This document shows positions 53,146-64,000 of a stretch of 64,000 nt of DNA, piece after piece. How positions within the stretch are numbered: the stretch's first letter is position 1; each line of letters opens with the position of its first letter. Both the position numbers and the translations under genes were made by a program. Source of the DNA: Styela clava (Eukaryota); the NCBI RefSeq assembly GCF_964204865.1, contig NC_135256.1:23994001-24058000 (forward strand), given 5' to 3'. The notes below the pieces were generated by a model that worked only from the letters and a program-made list of their open reading frames with translations, did no database searches and was not told where the DNA came from.

Positions 53146-54685
53146 TTTAAATACCTTCGTCTTTTCGCCCTAAATAGTGTATGATAAACGTCAGTGCTTG
53201 ATCGTTTAAGTCAAATTCGACACTGCTCTACCCATTAGTTCCATTCCACATCATTCCTTCCGTTCCCTTATTACTAACGTGAATTGTCAATGCCAAACAC
53301 AAACACAAACGCATTTTATATAATATTTGTTCGATAAATTGACTAATAGCAATATCAAAATATCTTTTGTTCCGTTATATTCATTGCATTATCATTTACG
53401 GAAAGAACTGTTATACAATAATATAATCTCTTCTTCAGTACTAATGTGCCAAAATGGAGTCTTACCAAACTAGTCCGATAATACCGTATTCTCGCGACAA
53501 ATTTTTCTTTTTGTGACATTTTTCTTGAAATATCAGTTCGTAATTGTTTTCAACTTTATACATTTACTTTATACAGAAATGTCGTCGCATTTTATAAACT
53601 TCAAACGCAGAGGCTTACGACACCAGTGAGAAACGAAATACCTACAAGTTGTTAAATACGAAATGAAAACAAAAGAAGGCTTATCGATTATTTTTTAAAT
53701 TGCGCGCTTTTATCCCACTTCACAGACTATTTCGATCACCGAAGAGACACGCTGGTATTCTACTTAAGTACTACTTGTTGGTGTATTGTTTTGACTACGG
53801 AGTTCTACTATTAAGGTATATTAAATACATTTTGTTGTCTTCGAATATCAGACATGACGTTATAATACATACGACATTGGTCGTCGTTGACATAACACGT
53901 TGAATCATTTATTGAATATGCAGCTTTTTCATTAAACTTAGATTTTCTTTGAAATATTTTATTTACCTTGATCATGCAATTTTATATTTAATAGACCTTA
54001 GTGTAGCGATCATAATAGAAACCGCACAGAACACCTCATATATTAAGATGTATAATTACCTACAATGGGTTTGTTTTTCCGAAGCTGAGATCCAATTTGC
54101 AAGCAAGCTCGATATCTGTAGCAGAGGTGCTAATTTTAATTTAACGGAGGCGCAATTGTCGCAGCCGCCATAAGGGGCAAATGATTTATTGCGTGTTATC
54201 AGTCGTAATGAATTGAATCGCGTGGACACAAGCATGGAAGCGTTTGATAACACTGAGGTAATAAGATAGTTTGTTAAAGTTTTTAGGACTCCAATTGAAC
54301 TACTTTGTAGTTTAGCATTGTATTTGTGTAATATTATATAGTTTTCTGGGGAATTACAGTGATCACAATCAAGATGCGAGAGAGTACATAACCTTATGAT
54401 TCCCAGTTATTGTAGATAAAATTTCAGTTTGAAGGATAGGCCATGCAGGCTCCTAGGAGTGGTCGCCTTCTGAAAATAGGATGGCAAAATAAATGACACA
54501 CGGACCGTGTACAGTCTAAGTATAGCATTTCCGGAATGTTCAGTGGGGTACGAGTTACCTACATGTCCTAATAGTATATAGTTCATGCTTCTAATATATA
54601 CGTCAGATCTTCAGGCAGTCGGATTGTGGGTATATACAGAAAAAAATTGAAACCAATTTAATAATTTTAAACACAGAATACCACG

Positions 54686-56338
54686 ATGTCAGTCATGGAT
54701 CTCACGCAGCATTTTAATAGTTTTCTGGATGACGAGTATCAGCTGGCGACGGCAACTGCAAATTTCCTACGGTTGAATGACAGCAAACAGACTACAACAG
54801 GCAAGTTTAATGTATTCATTAAAGAGCTAAATATTTATCCGTTTTTGCTAGGCTAATCTATCATACTAGCTTACCTCCATCATCAATTTGCTTCAATTGT
54901 GTGTTTCTTGGGATGTTTTCATTTATGCATTGATATTTATGTTTCTTTATTTTAAGGGGTCACCAAAAGTCAAGACCATTTAAATACAGGTTCAAGAATT
55001 TCACGGAATTTACATGGTTTTGTGAACGAAAAATACGAAGGAAGCAATACAGACGATTACGTGGATTTGGAGTCTAACAGGAAGTCCAAACGACCTTCGT
55101 CGATGGCAGCTGCTTTGTCTCAGCTTTACGATCAATATGAATCCAAACTCCGATGTCAAGAAGACGAGAATGATTATGACGATGCATGGCCTAACTCGCC
55201 TCTGTTGAATCGCAGTGGGCCAATGGCCGGGCCAATATATCACCTCATGAGTTCAAAGGTGGCAACTTTACGAGATGGCCTTCACAGCGATCGACGCCAA
55301 AAGCGCCACTCATCAGACGAAAAACCACTAATATCATATGAACCGGAGGAATCGTCTTATATAAATCCCTCTACTTCAGACTTAAGTAGAAAAAGAAGCG
55401 TTTTTTACTTGAATGAAAGCGCCAACAACTTGAAAGCTCATGCTGAGGTAGTCGATGCATGTGGTCAGAATTTCGGTAGTTGTTCAATAACTGGCTTGGA
55501 AAAGAAGTCTAGAAGTCAGCTTCCGCGAAATGCGCTGCTACAATATTTCGGTAAAACTACAGTCAGACCAGAGGAAACGTCGAATATCGATTTAACCAGG
55601 CCTATTTTGGAACTTACAGAACCTTCATCCCTTTCTGGTGGAAAAAAAAGCTCATTCGTTCTTTTGCGCATACTTGACGATGAATTGGTGTTAGAAGGAC
55701 GGGCGACCCCAAGCAACGAAAACATCAGCGCTCGTCGTGCAAAAGAACCATTTGCCACAAAAATACGGAAGCGACTTTCTATAGAAAAAAAGAAAAATGG
55801 CAAAACCACTAACAGTGTACTCAGGAAAAGATCTAGTCCAACGATCGGAATCTCTATTACGGAAAAGCCTGAAAAAAAATCCGTAATCGATTTAAGAGAA
55901 GCCGAATTAGAGGTTGGTCTATACGGAGAAATTAATGATGGGTTTGAGTCAACAATAAATTCAGAACGCAAGTTGTCTCCGAGACGCAGTGGCATTTGCA
56001 TGGACATATTTTTATGCATGGGATGCAAGTCAGGTTCTTCTCAGTATAGGCAAACGATAGATGATGACGAGCTGGCTCCCGTCGCCAAAAGTACAACCCT
56101 ATCGACCCCGATACATGGTAATAAAGTTATTGATTCATTTGAACTTAGAAGAATTGTGTATTGCGGAACAGAACACGCTGAAAATCGAGGAGTTCATCTA
56201 CTTACGTGGCTCTATCATGCTACATATTCAACAGAGCACGCTGTAGAATGCCATGCTGCAGCATGTGATGACCTACAACATGCTAAATCTCTTGCGACCT
56301 CCCTCGGAGAATCAATCAGAAAAGCTGTCAGCAAGTGA
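54686..56338 (+). CDS. PTB/PID-domain protein, FAM43-like (~498 aa); exons 54686-54800 and 54957-56338
   Basis: C-terminal FELRRIVYCG...LLTWLYH...VECHAAACDDLQHAKSLATSL and upstream QYFGKTTV resemble the FAM43-type PTB fold. The first exon joins in frame through CAG|GCAAGT...TTTAAG. Confidence 0.7.
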
Positions 56339-58244
56339 CTATTTGATTTATAAATGAGTCAATGAATAGCGACCAACTATGTTTTTCTATTATGACTGCC
56401 CTGAGAAATTGACACTCTTTTTATTCAAACAATTCTGCTGATAAACTTTTACTTTTAACAAATATTTGATTATGACAATGTACAAAAACACTTTATGTTG
56501 TTCTATGCATAGAAAATATGTGCGAGATGATTACTTCAACCAATACAATTTATAGAATTAATGAACTAATTCATCGTAATATTGTTAATATATTCAAATC
56601 ATCTTTATATGACAGTGCCGTATTTTATACGTCCATTATTTTATCAGCAATACGGACAATGGTGAATAATGATTTCTATCAAACGATGTTCTATGTAATA
56701 CAGTTTAAGTTTTTAACCTTATATATTATATAACCACGTAATGATGAAATAGTAGAACACGAATAAATGTTTATAACTTTTCGATAACCAACAGAACAGA
56801 ACACAAAGTGATGCAGTATTTTACATAGGCTACCGGTACCAAAATTGATTTTAGTTCTTCATTGAAAGATATTAATTATTTACGACAACTTTGTTTTGGA
56901 ACTCACAATATGAAGTGCGGACAATCTTGGTCAGTAAATTAGTTCACTGTAGTCGTAAAATTTGTTTGATGTAAAGTACTAAAGAAGAATGAAATTTCAG
57001 AATATTTCTCACAAAAATTTCTCTCTCCACCATCACTCAATTTCAAAACTGAAGTGTCGAGCGTATTGAGTTGTTCACGTTAGATATATACATTATATAA
57101 ATAAAATAGGTGTATTTACTATTATACTATTCACCACATACCATGAATAAATAATAAAAATATTCCATCGCGGTTATATGTATTTATTCTATTTTTAAAA
57201 TATTAAACTTACAGCAAATCAAAAATTTAATTTCAAAAATTTAAATCTTCTTAAATTCTATTACGACTTGTGTTCTAATATATCATATTATATATGGTAT
57301 CAATAAATGCGACAAAGTTATTGAATAATTTTAAATCCACTTTTCGAATCCATTCAAATCATTCGAAAATGAGCCTTTTGTTTTAGCCTGTTTAAATAAA
57401 TGAATCACAGAGAAGCAGTTGATAGTTTATGAAAGAAACCATAACTCTTCATTCAGTCAGGATCTATTTTTTATTCAATATTTAAAATTCTGTTTGTTAT
57501 TTTATGTTCATATTTGTTTCATTATTGAAGTAAATATAATTTTCTCATTTTAGTTATTTCCCCCTTGCTAAAATAATACCAGAATGATTTATAAAGATCT
57601 TGAATTGGAATATATATTTAATAAATTTATTGAGTCATTCTAGTTAGTCGAATGCTAGCGACTTCTGAGCAATAATTGAATCGAAGTCGAGCTCAAGTTA
57701 TTTATAATTTTGCGTTGAATCACAAACCAGAGACCATATGTTTTATATATATATGTGACAACAACTAACGCTCAATATCCAATGATTTCATAATAGTACA
57801 ATACACTCTTACTTGTTATATATAATGTTAATTATTACTAATAAATCTTTGATTTTTTTGTGAAGAATGGAATCAATCAATAAATCTTTTGTTGTATCCT
57901 TCACCTTTATTCCGAACAAGGCTTTTGGCAAGTATTCTGTCAGATGTAGGATGATAAATATGTGGAAGGGCCGTAGTCTTTATATTTCGAAATGACAAAG
58001 CAAAATCATTGTCTGTCAGGAATGCTGGACACTGCAGTACTGGCCGTCGGCGTCAAGTATATAGCATTACTTAAACAAGGAGTTTAGCCAAATGAGTCAT
58101 TTAAAAAGTTTTTGCTACATTATATAGGGAACGTGACCGAATTTCTAACATAGAAATCTACCCTGAAAAATTTAGTGACTTGTGACAAAAAAAACTTTAA
58201 TTCACCTCAAGTCTAGAAACGTTAGCTAAGTGGTGCCAACACTT

Positions 58245-58853
58245 TTAAGATGTTATATTCGCAAGTTTGGTTAACGATGTGTTGGTGATTACATTAAACA
58301 GTTTAGGATATTGGGCTTGAGTAGTAACCAGGCATTGTCGACAAACAACAGGTCGACGACTGATTGACTCAATGTTGTTTCCATGTTGATCAGATTCCGC
58401 TTTTCCGGCAGATGTTGAGTCATTCAGTTGAACTGCATATACTCCCGTGCTACAATATCCCGCAGATGAGTTTGTAAAATGTAGTACTGGTGAGACTCTA
58501 TTGTTAGGACTAACTGTTAGACCACGCTTACCACATCGCTGGTACAACGTTTGGAAAAAACCCTTTCGTTCACACCTGTTATTGTCATTTCGATTTTCTT
58601 GCCAAATATTTTCTCGCTCCCTGGATATAGCAGAAAAAGCGACCTCTTCAAAACGATGTTCCTGAAAATCCGATATGCTTGTAATCTCACAAGATACCGA
58701 AGTGCTTTTACCACAGAAGGCACAAGTGTCGCCATCGGTTTCTGCGGATGTACAAATTTCACATTCGTTTTGTTGTTCTGGCATTTCGCGAAAACCAGTT
58801 GAACATTCATCTGATTTTCTTCTGTCTTTTGCTGCTTTTGTATAATCCTTTGT
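58245..58853 (-). CDS. Uncharacterised Cys-rich protein, probably a terminal exon (first ATG at 58784, 179 aa)
   Basis: About 200 open codons from acceptor TATTTCAG at 58853 in AT-rich DNA. Contains CEIC...CAFC and CRQC pairs. No family recognised. Confidence 0.5.
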   Translation of the reverse strand, partial: TKDYTKAAKDRRKSDECSTGFREMPEQQNECEICTSAETDGDTCAFCGKSTSVSCEITSISDFQEHRFEEVAFSAISRERENIWQENRNDNNRCERKGFFQTLYQRCGKRGLTVSPNNRVSPVLHFTNSSAGYCSTGVYAVQLNDSTSAGKAESDQHGNNIESISRRPVVCRQCLVTTQAQYPKLFNVITNTSLTKLANITS

Positions 58854-61800
58854 CTGAAATATAACAAATGGTTGAATTCGTAATATTGGATGCGCGCGTT
58901 AAACATTTCTAGTCATAAGCGTGTATGAAATGTTTGATTTGCATTTTAACAAACAAACTTGTATCAATCCATGGGTATATTGTTTTGCCCAAGAAATTTT
59001 ACCAGCCCTAACTGAGTCTTAAGTAGATTAATTACCCGATGACCCATTCAATATAAAACGTTTTGTGATTGATGTTAGGAAAAACGTACAATAACTAGGC
59101 TAGTTAAAATCGTGCTCTTCCAGTAAATATAACGTTTGGGGTAAATAATGGGGAAATAGCTAGTACTCTCATACCACAGTTTTTACTATAAATATACATA
59201 AATAAATTGACGAGCATTTGAATTTAAATGAATAAATGCTTGTATAGGCGTATATCCAACTAAATAATACCAACATGTTGATGCTCATCCTGTACCGCAG
59301 ATAAGAAGTCAGTATGCAAAATACGCCTTGGCGTCAATTGCAAAACAGTTTATGATTAATCAATCAATGTATGAACCATTGGCCTGATAATTCTCTGAAT
59401 ACTGTATACACCTCGAATCAAAGATTTCTGTATACTCTCTTGTAAAATAACATTTTTTCAACTTACTTTTATTGCTATGCGCACAAGCAAAGCAATCGTT
59501 GATGCCATTGGAAAAATTTTAAGAGTAAGATATAAACGTTCAGCTTGTAGTGCGGTGGATTCACTATTTATTTTCATATTAGGCATAACCTAGATATTGA
59601 AAAACAAAATAGAATAGAATAAAAAATGAGCAAAATAAATTACATACTATATATTTAACTTATTAGTATTGAATTTACAAAATGCAATTTCTTCACCATC
59701 ATATTCTGGAGGGAGGCTTCATATAAGCAAACAGATAAATTTTCTATTTGCTTAAGTATACATATGATCGATATTCGTAGCAAACGAGAAGACGAATATG
59801 TATTTTCATAGGTAGACAGTATCGCTATGCCAGGCTCTTTTTGTTACTGTGTTCTATAACCCTAGAGAATTCCCGTTGTTCAGAATAAGGTTTCTGAATA
59901 CATCGGAACTGTTAAAATACTCTCTAAAATAATATGTGAGTGAAATAAAGCTGCAGTTCCTCCTCTTTTTATCAGTCGGATATTTGTCGGTTCAGAAAAA
60001 TCATTGGTTGTTATACGCCTGTTTTTCAGGGGTTAATGGGTAAAAAAAACGAAAAGAAGGCTCAATTACATGGCGAATCATAGCCTATAGTGCGGTTACC
60101 ATTCCAAGTCAAGTAGCAAAGGTCTCCTTGTTTTCATTGGGAAGACTTTCTCATATATTGTAGAGATTCAATTGTATTGTAGATTTTGTTTCAAGTGGTC
60201 TAGTGTTTTCCTGGCCTATCTAATCATAATACATTACTTGTGCATTTCAATTTTACTGTCCTCAAAACGTATTTGACCTGACAATGTCCTGAATCTGCTT
60301 CGAAACCGCGAAACTAATAATTGTAGTTCTATTCTGCTACATCTTCTGTCTTCTTCTGGCTCTCTCATGTCCAAAACTATGTAATGCTAGTACATGAAAA
60401 CATTCAGTATTACACATTACATTTCAAAGTGCACATAATTGCAAATGTTCGTTTGGTGTGTAAATCTAATCAATCAGAGCATAGCCCAGATTACGCTTTT
60501 TACGTTCGCAAATTAGCTTGAATTATTTATTCAAGCCTTACCATTGGCTTGTACATGTACCGATACAATTTATAAGGAGAAATTAGCAATTACTCAACGT
60601 GAGATACCAAAATATTTTTCACCTAATTAAAATTGCGTTATTGACTGAACGAGTACCATCCAGTATGCGTTTTAGTCCAATTAACGTTTTGCTTTGAAAT
60701 GATTTCGTGATTTGATTGTGTATGTATATTCGAAATCCAAACCAATTAAATTTTTTTTCATTTTAACAAAAGTTCAGATTGCAATATAGATTTCGTAGTC
60801 TTCAGTCTTTGATATTTCCTGCACATATTTGTTATGCGTCTTGTTTTACCAACGTTATCGTCTCTAGGATTTGCTGTTGTCGAGTTTCGTCTTATCTCAG
60901 AGATCTTCGACACTGGGAAACATGATAAATTATGCAATCCCTAGACAGTTCAAAGAAATCTAATCCAGGATTGAATTGACTCAAAACGGTAGAAATAAAC
61001 CAATTACAAGGCTTCACATTAGTTCAACTTCATTTTACCCCAATACTACCCAATACTTCAGGCACCAACCATGTTTATTAGTTTCTTCTAATCAGAACAA
61101 TAATATCACGAAGGGCATTTCTCCAACGACCAATTTTCCAAGGGGAATTAGGGTGCTTACTGAAATTTCCGGCAAAAAATGTAAAAATGAAAGAACTATT
61201 TACTCTGCTCAGAATATACACAATACGTATATATATCACTTTTCGCGCATTTACATTCAGAAACACTGTTATTAAATACTTCTAAGACTAATCAGTACAG
61301 TTAAACGCTACTTTTGAAAGTATTTGAATTCATGAGATCTCAGCACTGTAGGCTTTTGTTTCACTTCAACTGCAAAAACTTCTCTTCTGCAGTTTTTAAT
61401 TTACACCCAACACAAACTTTTTTTGTGAAATGGGCATGCATTACTTACAGGTCTCAACACCACTCCCGTCATCAACATCGCTTGAACATAAATAATTTAA
61501 AAAAGAATAAAATTACGACAGAAAAGGGTTTGGAGCGCATACTCGACCACGTAAATAATAGATTTCAATCGCATTACCTAACTTCTCGCTGTAGTTATGA
61601 CGAATACTTGCGCACGTCAAAATTAATAATATATTACTATTCGTAAATTTCCTTGGGAAAATGAATTACATACAATTAGAAAATGTTTCAGTTTCATACA
61701 ATAGGAATTTTTATTTTTTTATTTCGTTTCAGTGAAGTAGATATATATGATCATAAACATATCAAAGTTATTGGTACAAATACCATTTCAAGTTGTATTC

Positions 61801-62031
61801 CATAGAATCTTGCCTGTAGAAAATGGAATATGCATAGTATAAAATCAGAATATAAAGGACATTTAAGCTATTGTATAAGGTTTCCTAGAACCTGTGGAAT
61901 GTTTCATTGGGGTTCCGCTCCAACAAAACGTTTGGAAACCACTGGTTTATTAGAGTACACGGTATCATGTCGCGCGATGAGGGTATAATGTCAATATTTC
62001 TCCTCTCCTAGCAAGCGTTGTTACTTTTAGA

Positions 62032-62505
62032 TAGGGATGGCGGAATCGAGTCCGGATTCGATTACATAATCGACTCTTCGCGGAATCGACTAGAATCGAT
62101 TCCGATGTATTGTACTCGATTCTCGAGGTTAAGACTTCGATTGCAAACAATGTGTAACGTTTTGTGGCCATTCCGTCACATATATGCATAAACTGCTTCA
62201 CTGATATGCCGCAAACTTCACTATATATATATCGCTTTTAAAATCTCTGTCGGTTCGTTTTTTTTGTGCGATTTTGTCTTCTGTGACAGATTGGATACCC
62301 ATACTACTTAGTTTCGGCCTTCTTTTTGTCCATATATTTGAACATCGTTCTCTTGTTTGATTTCATATATGGTATTGCTTAGGTGGGTATGTTTTCTCGG
62401 TAAGATATGTCGAGGAATCGAGATTCGGAATCGAGAATCGGAATCGAAAATTTAGGAATCGGATAAGAATCGAATACTTGTAAGTAGTCATACTTGGCAT
62501 CCTTA
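62032..62505. mobile_element. Ac-like hAT MITE, degenerate
   Basis: TAGGGATG...CATCCTTA termini and dense GAATCG/CGATTC subterminal arrays. TSD not preserved. Confidence 0.65.
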
Positions 62506-64000
62506 CAATAGATATAATGCTATGCAATGTGTTGTTACATATGGATTCCAACAACGCAGGGCTGCAATTGTACGTAAGTAGTTTATTCTTGTTCTTGCTA
62601 CATATTATCAAATTATTATCTCATCTCCGCTGTGGGGCGCTCGTGTTTTGCTGTACAATTTTTATTGGTGAATTGCACAAGGGTTGTGCATTTATAAATA
62701 TATCATATGTCTCTTATATCGATAGTGGTAAACGAGTAAAATAATTTATTTATTGTTAAAAAAGTTTCTATTAAAGGAGTGATGCGTAAAATATCTTTTA
62801 GGCAACCTTCGCCACTCTGGCAATTATCGATTGTAGTTTCGCATTAATTAATCAATTTATAATGCATATTACGCACAGCACTAAAACTTTTTAAACTATT
62901 TCACAACGGCATCTGCCCAAAAGTATATATAGTATAGGTGTGTAAGAAAACACAACATAAAATCATAATCCCTGGCCCATGCGTAAGCAAGTAAGCAATA
63001 TCTGGTTGTATCAATGTGCAATTATGCATGGGTAACTGCTGTGTATAGCAAAAACGTAGTAAACAGCAATTTGCATTAGTGAGTTGGGTGATTATGACCT
63101 GAATCCTTAGGGTCCTTGACATACATTGGTGAACTATTATTCATTTTTCAATCATTTATATATTATAAATGCTCACTTTAGAATAAAATTGGTTTAACAT
63201 TTTATAACTGATGTTTGTTTAATTTTTTAATCAGGAATTCCAGCCCCAATATGGTCGAACAAATGAAATTTTTAAAATTTGAAAAACTCTGCTCCATTTA
63301 CTTGAACAAATATGCTAATTTAAATGATGTAAACGATTTTGACCGTAATAATGCCTCTATTATTTAAATAAGACAATATCTATACTAATTTATCTTAAAA
63401 CAACGAATCTAACAATGATATTCTCTACTATTTCAGATCGTTTTCCATCGTAGACCCGTTTATTTAGAGAAAATTAGAATGATAATATTATTCATCAGTT
63501 ATGTTCTATTTACCAGTAGTAATTGGAGCATGTCAAGCCCCTTGCACCCCCCTCCACGCCCCTCGTGACTCGAAGTGGGTTTAATAACATTTTCTTGTGT
63601 CATGACGTTTTATTACAGCCGTGAGTTCTTTAAGTGTTTTAAAATTCAACCTACCATCCAAAATACTTGTGTGATTACTGTACGTATCTTACATGTAAAT
63701 AAATTTCGTATTTCAAGCATTTTTTATAAAAATTTATATTTCTTATCGTCCAAATCCGGCCTTGATTGTGTACCATTAACTTTGTTCATGGTAAAATTAT
63801 TCCACTAGCACGTCCTATGTAAATTATTCAATATATTTGCATGGAGGCTTTGAAGTTATTCCAATCGGTCTTAAAAGTTTGCTTGAAGCCAACGAATATC
63901 CATGACACGCTCTAGTCAACCGATGGAATTCAATTAGCTTTCTTTGAGACATACTTTCGCGGACGAACCCAAATGGAATATGGCATGGTTTCAAAAGCAC

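Overview
AT-rich, intron-containing animal genomic DNA. The compact layout and repeat content look like an ascidian (tunicate), which is inference. It is not prokaryotic, and most short ORFs in the track are noise. Genes I can support: a 4-exon FAM124-family gene (-); single-coding-exon ASF1 (+); a 3-exon orphan gene missed by the ORF track (+); an intronless MOV10L1/Armitage-like SF1 RNA helicase (-); a cluster of three CD225/dispanin (IFITM/PRRT-like) genes (-), two from an apparently identical tandem duplication, plus a spare duplicated first exon; a FAM43-like PTB-domain gene with a GC-AG intron (+); and a Cys-rich orphan ORF (-). The 34-50 kb block is TE-dense: a multi-level nest of hAT elements and a LINE-like repeat ending about 90 bp from the helicase start codon, several hAT MITEs with perfect 8-bp TSDs, a Merlin-like mini-MITE and a Helentron/DINE-1-like element. 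No rRNA, tRNA or CRISPR was seen. All homology calls come from remembered family motifs, not database searches.
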